A model generated the notes under the pieces. The model saw only the letters and a program-made list of their open reading frames with translations, was not told where the DNA came from and did no database searches. Shown piece after piece: positions 1 to 14,163 of a stretch of 64,000 bases of DNA. The position numbers and the translations under genes were made by a program. The stretch's first letter is position 1, and each line of letters starts with the position of its first letter. Source of the stretch: Tubulanus polymorphus (lineage: Eukaryota; Animalia; Nemertea); the NCBI RefSeq assembly GCF_964204645.1, contig NC_134032.1, forward strand, positions 4,922,175-4,986,174. Direction: 5' to 3'.

Positions 1-2879
1 TATAAGATCAAAATAATAGTGCATTTTATTTTAATCTAATACCCATTACTCACTGAGGGTATGCTAGTGAGAATAAGCCTAACAATTATCAATATTGATT
101 GAATAAATACTGAAATAAACTCAGTTGAGATGTTCACGTAGTTTTGAAATCAGTTATTCCAATTTGATAAAAAAAACCTCTTCTGGTCTAAAAAAAAGAA
201 TGCAAGGCTGAAATTTAAGTTTCACATGCTTTCCTACTTTGTTGAGTAAATTATTTGTATAGGTTATCAAAAGCCCAGCAGCAGCTATCAGTCAACAGGT
301 GAATTACACTGGCTAACTATACAGTGATTGATGAACGAATAAACAAACTGCACTGACCACCAAAAATAATGACCTCTTAATAGTAATAAACTTAGCACCT
401 CAAAGTTGTATTTGAAGATGCCAATGAAATAAAATGCCAATGAATCGCTGAATTTTAAGGTACTTAATCAGTTTTTTTCCAATATAACTCATTTTCTCAA
501 ATTATCGTAGAATAAAAACTACTTTTATATCAGTGGCAGTGATACGACAAAAAGGCATTTATGGTAAGAATAACGTTACCAATTCGTTAGATTGGAAGTG
601 AATGCAGGGACCAACAAAGGTGCTGATTTAAGATGCCGATATACAGAGAATCTCTCCCGTAGCGACTGACACGGTTGCATATACCTTCCGTGGCGACAAG
701 TAATAATTTTCTATCTAAACGACTACATGACACGAAGTAGTCGAATAGAACACTAATCCGATAAATGAAGAAATTCTGCAATAAAATTTTATACGATGAC
801 ATTTAATTATCAAAATTAAACCGCAACAACGTTCGGATTTTCAGTGACTGCCATCTGACTTAAATCACTGGAATGTCTACATTCCACCTGATGATGGCTG
901 TTAGTCAACAGTCAAAACGTTGCAATTTCATCTCAACACATGTTATCATATTAAGAGTTCTATTACGGTATTTCTTCATTCATGACCTCAAGGTGAAGAT
1001 CACCAAAGGCCGTTACCGTAATCCAAATGAAATCTTGAATACTATACGAAATTTCTTATTTCTATTAAATTCGGCCTCAGTTCGGAAGATTTCTTTAGAA
1101 TGCATTGATAGATCCCCATAAATCTATTATAGATACAGCATATTTTATCTTTTTAAATCAACATTTTAGCGAAATTAATATAAAATCATGGGAGGTTCGA
1201 ACACTCCAAAATGCACATCTAAATTTATGATGCAAAGACATCCAGACCCCCGTTGAAAATAAACCACCATTTCAAAAATGAGAGGTTAGCCTGAATTTAA
1301 GAAATTTAATCAAAATATGAATGCAGACATGCTTGAAAATAGCTGTATTTGTTAAAATCGAATTCTGCATTAAACTAATATCGCCATTAAAAGAAGGAAA
1401 TTTCGATTCATCGTAAAACTCCATAACCAATGACAATTTGTAAACTAATTTACTCCAATCTCGATTTTTATTGGTTAGACTATCTTCAGAGCTTAACTGA
1501 GACACTCAAAATACAACTATATCCCAAACTATAGCGTGGGTATAGAATTTTCCACTAGTTTCTCAATGTGTTCATGTTGCCACGTATCACCGCAAATCTT
1601 AAGTGGCTACTAAGTAAAAGTAGACGTTTAGGCTCAAATGTGCGATAGACATGTTCTTGGATTCAGAGAACAATACAGAGACATGGGGCCAGGCCCTCAT
1701 CCATTTTTCTGATGCTTGAACATAATTTTTTTCATCGGCTGCTGTTAAAGGATACCAGTGTAAAACCCTTATTGTCGTATTTCTGCATAGCGTTACATTC
1801 TGAAATTCTTCAACAGTTCGTGGGCTTAGATAGATTTTAACCTTCATCTTATACATTAGATAATCTTTTAGCCTCATTGAATCTATTGTAATCGTTATTA
1901 TCCTTTTTGCATAAAACATGCCTGAAATTGTGAGCATATACCATTCCTAATTTCAACTAAGAAAGTGCTCAGAAAGCATCTAAACGCATCTCATTCTTCA
2001 AAGACCACACCCCTTTTGTGCCTTATGCACCTGTGGCCCTTTCTCCAAAAGCTAGATTCTGGAACATTTTACTGAATTACTCAATGGCATTTATTTCAAG
2101 TCTGGCCCCCGCGATCATGCAACTCTCCAAAAGCGTCTTCTTTTCAGTTTTGGATTCGCTTGCCAGATTCCCTGTTATAAATAGCGACATATGCTTCAGA
2201 TTTGCAGTGATACGTGACAATATAAACAGCGTATAAACAGTAGTGCAAAACTGTATGCGAACGCTATATAGTTTTGAGGGCAGTTAAAATATTCTGAATA
2301 TGCTCTTTGAGGATTGATATATGAGCGATAAAACTCTAACCGATAACCATCGAGCTAAATCTGTTTGTTTAATGTGATAAGTTTTGAAGTTTTAAGATTA
2401 ATCGAAATATCATTATTTCATGGCAATAATTTAATGAAAATTCAATTGGAAGATTAAATGCAGCTCTTTTAAGTATAGGTCAACATGATTTTTGATTATT
2501 TTTGTCATTAAAATGGTTTATTTTCGGAAAAATACCCCAGTAAATATCCCCCCCCCCTGGTAAAAATCTCCTCTAGGTAAATGTCCCCCTTGCTAACAGC
2601 AACATTTAATAAAATACTTCAATATTCTGATTTTGAAAAGCTTAAATCGTTTCAAAAATTTCAAATTTTCCGTGTTGTTTTTCCCAATATCCATCTTGAA
2701 TAATCTGTGACTTTTACTAAGCTGCGTACCTACATATACGATGACATAATTCCTGACTTTTAGCAAGCAACATGCATAAAAAATGATGATATTATCAGAT
2801 GTAAGATAAAACCCACTATTTAAAAATAAAAAGAAATCTAAAATCGAGAATTATTTATTGAAATAATCTAAAATGTAAG

Positions 2880-4260
2880 AACATGGCGTTTCGATCTCAC
2901 ACTAGAGATCATCGTCAGGTGTGAGATATCGACTAGAAACAAGGGTATATATAAAGAGGAGAACAGGTTAATTGAGTAAATTGGTGAGTGAGTAACTAAT
3001 TAGTGTTTGGCAAGGCATGAAGTAATATACTTAGAAAGAAGGGAATTGTGAGGAGAAAAGCCATTATTTAAATTGGTACTAATATCTGAGTGACGAGTAA
3101 TTAGGGCAGACTCAACTGTGTGGCGTTTAGTGTAATTGCTGGAAGTATAAATTATTTCGGCTTTATCAAAATTAAAACGATGACCAGTGTTCCAAACATG
3201 ATTGGCTACACCACTAGCCGGTTTTTGATTTGTTATATCCTTTTTGTGTTCCGAAATTTGAGTTTTTAAATCACGACCAGTTTCTCCAAAGTACATTTTA
3301 TCACAGCCAAAACGAGGAATTTTGTAAACTCCGCAGTCCGAAGGTTTAGATTGATTGTTTTTTACGAAAGTCTTGCTAATTTTGTTTTCATACGTGAAAA
3401 TGATTTGTCTATCCAATAAAGGGAGAGAGTGACGAAACTTTACCAAAACAGGTACATACGGAACTACAATGAATTCTGAAATGTGTTTTTTTTATTTTCT
3501 GGAGGTTTAGAATTTAAGAAAGTACGTTTAGCCTTAGAAATAGCGATTTTCAAAATGTGATCAGGGTAAGCCAATTTTTTTAGAGAGTTGGATATGTGGT
3601 CAAATTCAGCCGAAAGGAAGGTTTCATTGCAAATCCGCAGGGCACGGAGAAAGAGGCCTTGAAAGAAACACATGAGAATATTTATTGTGAATTAGAACAT
3701 CCAAAAACGGGATTTGGTCATTTTGTTCCCATGCAAATGTGAATTTCAAAGATGGATATTGAGAGTTGATGAAGTCAATAAAAGAGTTAAGATCAAAATC
3801 ATCAGAAACTAAGCACAGAATCTCATCAACACATCCAATCCAAAAGTTAGGTTTAGAGCCAGCGTTATTTCGGAAGAATTTCGCATTCAAAATGTTCAAG
3901 GAAAAGATTAGCCAAAATGGGGGATAATGGGTTGCCCATAGCGAAACCGAAAATTTGTTCGTAGATTTTGTCTTGGAATTGGAATAATAGATTGGTTGTA
4001 CAGAGCTCCAAAAATTCAAGTAAGCAATCTACAGGAACCGGGAGATCAAGATTGGAGTCCGGGAGTTTTCTTCTTAATAAATTGAGAGTTGGTTCCAATG
4101 GTATATTTGTGAACAAGGATATAGCGTCGAAACATATAAATTTTTGGCCTTTAGGTTTGAGATTTTTGAGTTAGTCTGAAAGATCCATATTGTGCCGAAT
4201 GTGAGAATCAGAAAAAGCACCCAGAGCCAGGGAGTATTTTAGCCAGATATTTGGACGTAG
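2880..4260 (-). mobile_element. Degraded Penelope-like retroelement (RT + GIY-YIG endonuclease fragments)
   Basis: Frameshifted ORFs 3000-4116 carry RT motifs (FTNIP, GFAMGNPLSPILANLFLEHFE, degenerate YVDD 'CVDE', IPFLDV) followed by GIY-YIG 'GVYKIP...YFGETGR...EH'. Boundaries approximate. Confidence 0.85.
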
Positions 4261-7200
4261 TTTTTATTCTGAAGAAATCTTGTTTGAAAGTATTAGTTAA
4301 ATATTTATGTACCCTGTGTTAAATCAGATGAAGAGGCCCGTGTACTTCTTCACAAAAATAGCATTTTGACCTTTCAAGGAGATCGGTGTGCAGCAAAGAT
4401 ATACGCGTTACCTCCGCTATGAGATTTTCAGGCAGGTGAGGAATTCGGGTCACCCGGTTCTATGGTCATGAACACTGTATTATAACGTCCAGACATCCAT
4501 CTAAAAGAGTCCATGCTCATAGGTACGAGGTTTATAGTATCCAGGCAGCAGGCGAATCCTTTGGGTCACCTGCAATGTACTATAACCATAGAAATTTAGC
4601 ACTGCTATGCTTTAACCAACCAACAGCTGATAGAGTTCATCAGAGCATCCAAACTTTAAATCTCCAGAAATCTATCTACTGTTTTATATGCAGTGGATGC
4701 CATGTGTCCCTCTAATCGCCTGTATCAATGCAAACATTTAACACGTGTGGCGATTTTTAACTGCTAAATCTACCAGCGATCACTCGATACCGTTACTTTT
4801 CATAGTGATCTGTTGATATCTTAAAAGTGAGATTGAAACAAATCCTTCCCGGATAAAAGGAACACCTTAAACGGTCACCTAAAACATATTCATAGTCTTG
4901 GATAATTACATGCCACCAAAAATTCATAAAGACTATAGTCTTTATGAATTTTTGATGCCACATAATCATTTTAGTTCAGGAATCGAAATGTTTGAAGCTC
5001 GGCTTAAAAATCCTCCGATATTTAACAAGGGTTTTTAAGAACACTGATATGTTTGATAACAGGGTCGAATGGCTTATTTTGAATTTGAACATTTCATCCA
5101 ATTCCAAATTGGCTACATATTTCTAGGTTTCATACTTTTTGAGACAGGATGATTTTATATTGTTTTAACAATCAAGAGAAATCCCTCAAGAAAATCAAGA
5201 CGCGGCGAATATATTTAAAGCAACGTTTCGCCTAAAAAATTGAAAAGCTATATTGTGTTTCAAATATAACACATGTGCATGATCAGGCTTCATGACAGAT
5301 AGGCTACTACTCAACGGTGAAAGCCCTTACATTCTGCTGACCTTTATTAATTTGTATTAGATAACAAACGTGACTTATAAGCAAGGGGACAAAAAGCGGA
5401 CAGCGATTTTATTGTCTGTATCAATGAAATACATGATTAAGCATATATAGCCTTGGTATTTTTCTGCGCAGAAGTGTGTTTGTTGTTTGAGCTAAATGGA
5501 TGAATGCCATCTGTATAACTGAGCAATAATATTTTAATGCGATAGAGCTACCCCTCCCTCTCCGTAACTTTCAATCAATCTACGGTCCTAAAACCGTTTC
5601 GTATCAATAGATACATTAGATGTAGATGTTGATTTAATTTCCGATAACAGAAACAATTAGTAGTCGTACTTTCGGAAATTCAACTTAAGTCAGACTTTTC
5701 TAAGTCTGAGGATTTTTCTTAGTTCCAAACGATTCGACTTGACACCAAATAACCAAGACCTCAATTCTTGTTATATCTTTGTGTTCATTTGTAAAATCTT
5801 ATGTATATATTCAAGCACGAATCAAGGACTTCGATAAGAAACAGATTTTGAGAAAACTGATTCTGATATATGTCATCTGTGAGGGAAACGAGACATCAAG
5901 CTTAATTGCTATTCTTGGTTCGACTCCGTTTTCATAGCCATTTAAAACATAGTAGTGAGCACCCGGTAAATCGAACAGCCGTCTTACCGAGTCAACAGGT
6001 CATTTTTTCAAACTCAAAATAAAATGTTCTTTGCCGCATTGCTCTTCCGGATCGATATTTGAATATTTATTCAAACAAAATATATATTTAACATAAAACC
6101 AGACAGGGGAAAGTTAGACACAATTGTGTATATATGTTGATATTTCCTCTGTTCACAAGTTTACAACTGCTTACATCTGTTTTTATAAATTATTTAAACC
6201 GTTGTTGACTCCTGACCTTGGTTGTACAGAGCTCCAAAAATTCAAGTAAGCTCCTGACCATCCAACTTGAGTACGTCCACTAACAACCGTCTTGTTTGAT
6301 TCTCGCGTGGGAACCACGCATCCTTTTTTAGTCTATATCTACTTGTTAAACTAGACACGACGTAATGATTGACAGTTCAGATAACAGTGTGTTGTTTTGC
6401 TGCTAGCGGAAAATTAGTCCATTGTAAATAATTTCTTGATTCATAAAATACTAAATCACCCTAAAGTAAAGGAATATTCTCCCAATTGGACTCAATTTAA
6501 ATTTTTTTGCGCCATCATTGACCTCGAACGATGAATTCAATGTAATTTTAAAACGCACTGAAAAATAACTTAGATATAGCGGTAAATTTCCGTCAATAAG
6601 ATTTTATTAATTATGGTATTTCATTGAATTTTAACTGAATTCGGCGAAGTTCAAACACCCTTCAACCTAGCAAGACAGCTATATCAGTGCGATTATACAT
6701 TCCTCTGTCAGGAAGAGAATTTTGGTCAAGCCCATTTTCGTGTATAGTTAATTAGCACAATGTACTTTAAAACCAAGCAACATGTGATGCTCACAGTGTG
6801 CACACTATTTTTGATCAGCGCGCTCAGTGACGTCACACAGAGCTCCTAAACTATAATGATCAAAAAATTGAACTAAACTCAATGTATCGGTACAAATCCG
6901 AACATGTACACGGCCGATATTTTACATTTGATACCAAAAACCCGTTCATGCAGCGCACAGATCGCACCAACCCGTGAAGTTTCGCCGTTAGTTTCTCATA
7001 GTAATCATTTGCTCGGACGAAACTTATTTAGTTAACATTCTAACCGTGTGAATCCCTAGTTTTCGGAATTCTGACATTTTAGGAATTGTGCGCATAAACG
7101 CCGCTTTCCAAATGAAATTTGGAATTTAAAGATAATTGTCGTTTTCTAATACGTGAATTTGAAACTGTCGTAGGTTATCACTATAATTGCTATAACATAA

Positions 7201-7451
7201 TTATCCTTCATGATTAAAAGCATAAATACAGTATCGGGAAAGGAAACTAAATCCATCCGATATATTTCAATTCATATTTTGACACAGAATAGCGAACAGT
7301 AGGACCTTCTCAAGACGAAATAAAAACATATTCTCTCTGTCACCACATCTTCAAAATACTGTTTATTTACGGTAACATCCAATTGGCCAGTACTTTAAAT
7401 ACTGTAAAAACAACCGACTGGGGTTGGGCCAGTAATCGCAAGCAAAGGTCA

Positions 7452-7557
7452 TGCAGTGAACCGACCTAGGCTACAATATTGTAGCCTCGGTCAGTGTTTA
7501 CAAAAAAAGTTGTGCAGTGAACCGACCTAGGTTACAATATTGTAGCCTCGGTCAGTG
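7452..7557. repeat. Two direct copies of a ~45-bp internally palindromic unit
   Basis: tgcagtgaaccgacctaggYtacaatattgtagcctcggtcagtg at ~7452 and ~7513. Confidence 0.7.
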
Positions 7558-7559
7558 CT

Positions 7560-10000
7560 AACAGCTGAATCACACGTTCTATGCAAACCCGCACTGCTAG
7601 GTAACAAATTATCTATCATTCCTTTGACCGAAGCATAACCGTTTTCTTTTTTCAGCTTTACAATTGATTCCATGAATTTAATAATTCCATTTTCGAATAA
7701 TAATGTGTTAAATAGCAAATAGCGAATTTGTAAATGATTCAGCCAAACTGTTTGTGTCCAAAGTTAAAGAAAAATAGGAAAACAATCAAATTGTTCAATA
7801 GATTCGTTGCGGCGAGTATCGCAAGCATCATAGTTCCAGACTATTTTCCGTCTCGGTAGCGGTTTCGAGTTTTGAAACGCCGCATTGATCAAAAGAGTAC
7901 TATGATCGGTATTACCGATAGGCATGGTCACTGAGCATTCTTTATCAAGACTCCTAGAATCGGTAAAAAGTAGATCAATACAGCTGCTGGTGCTAGCTGT
8001 AACGCGAGTTGAAAAATGTACAATTTGGGAGAAAAAAAAATCACTGGGGATCTGATACAGTTCGTGGCCAGGTGTATCTGTAACATTGCTTTTGCACCAT
8101 ACTGATTTTTTGCATTGAAATTGCCTAAAATATGTGTACAATTATTCAGTAGATTTATCTTTTCCTGTTCGTCACATATTATTGCTTTCATCGAATCGCT
8201 TTCAAGAATCGCTTCCGTTCATTCGGAGGTTGCAAGGGGATCTATAAGTGATACACGATATCGTTTTAAACTTTTCTTTGATATTTAACCATATCGAGTG
8301 GTTACACTAAGAAATCAGAACATTTCTAACGTTACTGATTAACGAGTCGTGATAATATAAAATTAGTCCTCGATTATTTGGCGTATATTGCCTTATAAAA
8401 ACCCTCTATTGTGAAGTCATCAAGTCTTGTTGAAATATCTCCAACTTAGCAAAGAGCAACAACTTTTGCTTTTGATTCAGTGATACGGGATTTGACAATC
8501 AAAACGTGTTCCATTGTCAGCAGTGATGCTTCTAATTTTTGAAAATAAAATAGTAAGATCAGTTGTTTTCTCAGGACCAGGGTTGACTGATATCGTTACA
8601 TAGAATTAAAATATAATAGCGTGTTTTATAGATATAAACTAAGTTTCCGCCACCCGGGAGTAGGACCACTGAAAATATAGCCAAAATAGTAGATACAGAG
8701 TATATTGTAAATATGCTTGCTTCTGCTGCTTAGAATTTTACCCATGCATACACTATCAGACACCCAATCATAAAGCATGTGAAAACCGTACCAAAGGATA
8801 CTAACAGGACAAGTATAATAGATATGCCGTCGGATAGAAATAGAGATAAGTATATAAAAAGCTTTAATAGTAAACGCACGTACAGCCTATTGTCAGGTGC
8901 ATGATTTACGCTAGCCACTAGCCGTTCAGATGGAGTTTTCGAAGAAATATAAAGAAACCATATCACTCGAAGTTGACGGTGGTGCCGCAGTGGAACAAGT
9001 GCAATAGTAGAACCGGTGGCGCGCGCAAAGATTTGAACAATTCGCTAGGTTTCGGTTTCTGGAGACGAATTTGGTATGATTTCTGCAATCAATTACGAAA
9101 TATAACGGTCGCGCTCCTTTTTGGGGTGATTTTGCGATGGCTACTAAGCCGAACAACTTAACCCTTTCCATTAACGATAACATTAAACGGCCGATACCGT
9201 ATTACCTTTCATCGGAAAAATGTGGGTCACTGAGTCGTCATGAATGGAGCGATACGCATAAGGGAACCTTGCATCACGTAAGACACCAGGGTCTAATCCG
9301 AACCCAGTGCCCCTTGGACGTCAGGTTGGTTCTGACTGGTAAACAAATACGCCTTCATTTCACAACGACGGTTGTTTGAGACTGCACGAGTTCCGTATCC
9401 TGAACGAGAAGTATATCTGCAACATCCGGTGATTGAGGATCCCGCGAAAAATCTGGTGGTTAAAGTTTGCCATTGACAAACAAATTATCACGGATCAAAA
9501 CTTTGTTGTTACGATCAGCCCGGAGCTGTTTGAATTTACTCAATTGGGCCGCCGCCCTGTCGTTTGTCTCGTTAGGAAATTGATCTTTCACAAAGAAACT
9601 ACTACCTTTAAGGTTTTTACAGTAGCTCATGACTTCTCCATGCTTCTGACTAAGCTTGCCTTTACTGGTAGTGAAGCGAACAACGATGGGCCTCCTTTCA
9701 GATGACCTTTTGCCTTTCAATGGGCAACTTCGATTACTATGCTGGTCTCCATTTTATCTCGCGGCACTTTCCTGTTGTCTACGAAGAAGTCGGATGCTAC
9801 TTTTGGCAATTTTCGCCAGTTTTCTTCTCCATGATGAAAATTACTACGTTCTGTAGCATCGATCTGCGTTTTAGATCGATGTTCTCTTGGGAGAGCAACT
9901 CGAATTTAAGCTCAGCGAGTTCGAGACGCCTGTTCAATCCGTTTATGTCCAGAAGTTGATTATTGCATTACTTTCGCTTAATCATGGACTTTCTAAATAC
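7560..10000 (-). mobile_element. Degraded CR1/L2-type LINE remnant (ORF1 and APE endonuclease region)
   Basis: APE-like motifs HILGNFNAK, STRVTASTSSCIDLLFT, NTDHS and SVNPGP (7764-8600); ORF1-like RPIVVRF...FFVKDQFP (9460-9720). Boundaries approximate. Confidence 0.6.
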
Positions 10001-10608
10001 GATTAATCCAGGTGTCCAAATCTTGCATATTCTAAAGAAAGTTGATCATCTGATCGAAACAATGTCTTCGTCTTCGGTACTTCGTTTAAGTCACAGCTTT
10101 ATACAGCTTTGCCCTACAAATATTTAATAGAAAAAAAAATAAATACCGGTACTAATTGACGATTAAAACGTTTGGCAACGATTGAATTGAAATTGACTAC
10201 TGGATGTATTAGATTCAAATAAACACATTATTTGGACTAGTACGCTTATTCATTTCGATGTAAAAGTGCTGTTAACGTTAATCTTGCTCGAAAAGAGTTG
10301 CTGTCGTCAAATATGGCACCATTTATATGATTTATTATAACGATACACATAGCAGGATAAGTGTTTAAATAGAAGTACAGCAATTCGTATAAGCTACTTG
10401 ATAATACTTATCGGGACCAGCACACTCATACAATTGGAGATTGTCTGCTATCTAATACAGTAAACGCGTTTATTTTCATGCGTTGTTGTCGAATGACCTG
10501 AATGTTATACTGGTTGATAACAAATAACCCGCTCCCTTCTCTATTCAATATATATATATATATGTACATGTAGTATTGCCGCGCTATACTATATTTTTTA
10601 CTTCCAAC

Positions 10609-10848
10609 ATGGCTTCTTTCGACACATTAAAAACAGCCTGTATATTTCTATTGGACGTATTTGCGTTACTTGTAAGATGTATCGCAGCGGTGGTATTGGA
10701 GGTTCTAGGGCTGGTATGGAGGAAGCCTAGATCACCGATCCGAGGAGATATAGCCCTTGTTACCGGAGGAGGTCACGGTATAGGCCGCGAGATATGTCGT
10801 ATACTTGCCAGGTATGGAGCGCAGGTTGCTATCTTGGATATCAACAAG
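10609..10848 (+). CDS. Host short-chain dehydrogenase/reductase (SDR16C / RDH10 / 17-beta-HSD11-like), first coding exon
   Basis: Hydrophobic N-terminus, Rossmann motif ALVTGGGHGIGREI, ends LDINK|GTAAAA (phase 0 donor). Confidence 0.9.
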
Positions 10849-13800
10849 GTAAAATATCTGATGTACTGTATATTTCAAGTTTAAGACATTAACATTCAAT
10901 TATCGATCTCATAGGTTAAGAACCTAAGAGATTGGTAATTACCGATCTCATAGTTTAAGAACAATCGTCTAAACGCTGTAACCAATTTGTATGAACAATC
11001 ATACGTATCATCCATGTGGATGGAAGGTATAACAAAGCCTATCGCACATAAATATATTATTTTCACCCCGATTCTATCCCATTCTACAAACTTAATACAC
11101 TGTCCCCTTTTGGTCTTAATCTCGAGGATAATACCTATCGTAGATTATTAATAAATGTATGTCGATATTCAAACGATATTTAAAGGGTAACTGACACTTT
11201 TTTTAATTTCAAAATTCGATAAGTCGTATCGAACTAAGGAAGATTATGAAATAGTTCTGTTCAAAGATGCGTAGTTTCCGCGAAAATCATGATTTTGTAA
11301 GACAATTTTTGACCTCATTTCGTTGTATACATCGCGTTAGAAATCATCGGCAATTTCCGTCGTCGATCACCGGCGCTGCGACGTCAATAAAGGGAGCAGT
11401 GAAAATTCTCTTCTATGAGATAACGTTGCGTTTTTACTACTCGGCGTGTTTCACTGCTTTTTCTCAATGCCAAATAGCTGTGTTTGCGTTGGGAGCGATT
11501 ATTCGGGTAGGGGAATATTTCTTTTTCCGAAGAATCCTGTTCTTCGAGAAAAATGGGCTTCTTTTGTAGGTTTAAAGCGATTGAATTGGAGCGGCCCAAC
11601 GTCGAACAGCGTCGTGTGTTACCGGCATTTTACCAACGATGATTTCGCTAATAAAATGCAGTATGATGCACAATTTGCAAAGAGGTTAGTTTCATTCAGA
11701 CATCTTAACATTTATTAGAGACATGGTTTGAGAATTATTGTTGTAAGGGCTTGAAAATCACTGTTAAAAGGGTCGCATTTTTCACGTCCAATTCAAATCA
11801 ATAAAATTTATTTCTTCCACGCGCGGTATCCAATTCATGGTGTATCATTATTGTCATTCAGTTTTGAATATATCGCTGTATTTATTGATTTTTTGCAATT
11901 TAATGATATTTTTTTTCTAGGGATGCAAACGCTATAAGAAACTGCACAGGTGAAGACCAAAATGGTGTACCGCATCAAACCTAAGATTATCTACAGAACA
12001 CCATTTAAGGCGCAGCGTTCAGTTGGAATCCAAGAAAATGCATTGAGTGAGTAGTTTTCATTCAGTCTATATCGAATTATGGTACATCTTGTATTAATCT
12101 ATTTTTTATTCCTGTGATGATTAAATATGGTCTGATGATAGCTATGTTCAAATCTTAAAATAACGAAGCAAGATAATTATCTCAAAAAAATTTTTGATAG
12201 GATAGACAATTGTTTGTTCTTTTTAAAAATTTTTCAATAATAAATCATGCTTATATGTTTTAAACTATAACATAGTGTGGATTTTTAATGATATCATCTA
12301 TTCTCCCTATCTTCTAAATCCTACTACTGTGGTCGATCTGTTTAGCCCGAAACATTGGTATATAATGTAAGCGACTTGCTGAATAACTTACGAATACCTC
12401 AAAAGCCATTTGTATTGGAGAAGAATCAGATTTTGGGAGTGACAGTGAGGATGATGACTATCATCCAGATTCGGCAGAAGAGTCAGAGATGGGCAGTGGC
12501 TCTGAGGATGATTCTGAAGGCAGAGTTATGTTTGAAGAAATGAGGTTAGTAAAGTATGATATTTTAATCATGAATAATCCTTTCCTTTCTTTTGTATAAA
12601 ACTTCATTTATCATTGCAGTGATGAATCGGATAAGTCGTATAGAGACCAAACCAAGATCATTGTGTTTCAGTCAGCAATTCTGCAGCTGTTACAAAACTG
12701 CCAGTGCTTTGGAAGAGAGAAGCAAGTTTGGAAGAGGCACAGAGGAACAATGTTGACTGTCAGAACAAATTGTTTGAATTGTGGTGAAGCTACTGAATGG
12801 TCCAGCCAACCGACAATTGCTCGTGGAATTCCTATATGGGATGTTTTATTAAGTGCCATGGTTCTCTTAACAGGAAGTCTGCCCACAAAAGTTTTTCGAC
12901 TAGTCAAGTAAGTTGCAGTAAAAACAATACCTTCAGTCAAATCAAACGTAATTTTCTTAAGTTATAAATGTAATGGTTAATCCAATTTCAGTTTAATGAA
13001 TATTAAGGCTCAGAGTACCAGGCCTTTTTTTCGGTACCAGAAAAACTATCTTCACGATGCTGTTTCGTCCGTGTGGGAAACAAGTAGATCGGAACTTGTC
13101 AACAAATTACCAGGGCCACGATTGCTTGCTGGTGATGGACGTTGCGATTCTATGGGTCATTCAGCTAAATTTGGTAGTTACACCCTGATGGATCTAATAA
13201 CTTGTTTCAACTCGTTAAGGTATGTCAGAACCATAAAATATTGCTTTTTCCTGAATTTAAAACAGACAAAGGTTTATATCCACCTTTGTTATTGATTTTT
13301 TTAGTCGAATGAGGTTAAGAATTCAAATTCAATGGAATTGGGAGGCTTAAAGCGTTGCCGAATACAGATAGGAAACCTGAAAGTGATGGCATTTATTTCG
13401 GATATGCACATTCAAATCACAAAATGGACAAGGGAAGTTTGGAATGGAGCTCACTATTATGATTGCTGGCACGTTGTTAAAAGTAAGTTCAAACATTCTT
13501 CATGTATAATTTAGATATCACTCACGGAATCGAAAATGAGAAAAAATACTAATTTTTCATTTTAAGGTATAACTAAGAAACTGGAAATAATGTCAAGGAA
13601 AAAAGAATGTGAAGAAATCAAGGATTGGATAAAGTCAATAAAATGTTTTTTGTACTGGTGCGCAGGATCATCATCACCCGGGGATAAAGAAGTGTAACCG
13701 GCTGGTTGTTGTATCGGCAGGCTAGCAAGAACTAGCATTTACACCAGCGGTACAGGATTCCATCCATCAGGAACAACAAGGCAGTTAAACCTTATATGTA

Positions 13801-14073
13801 CAATCTTTATTGCATCCCGGAATGAGAATGATTATCATAGATTTACATAGTCTTTATATACAGAATCATGAGTATAATGTGAGAACTAGGTGTCAGACAA
13901 GTTGTAGACATCAGGACGCACAAACAAACACCTAGCGACTTGTTTGAGAGACATTAATTAATTATCGATGAGCACTGACTATAGCTAATTATCGTGAAAA
14001 CATGTTGAGTAATGTCACATGTTGATTACGACCTTAAAGCACATATTGCACTATAGTCATAAGTTATATTATA

Positions 14074-14163
14074 AGTAATTGGAATATCAGGGGTTCAGAT
14101 CAGAGGGCGAGAGGGCGAGACACCACTCATCACCACAAGTAATTTTTTTTCCTAATAAATGGG
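14074..14163 (+). repeat. Left TIR of Polinton 1
   Basis: Reverse complement of 31606-31695 with 2 mismatches; includes the pPolB ATG. Confidence 0.95.

Noticed and set aside
587-2236. Short ORFs at the start of the window
   Set aside because: No recognisable motifs or splice-consistent structure; probably chance ORFs.
8926-9440. Possible piggyBac-like Cys-rich remnant within the LINE
   Set aside because: Only a weak CKVPLCV-like match across stops; no TIR or TSD established.
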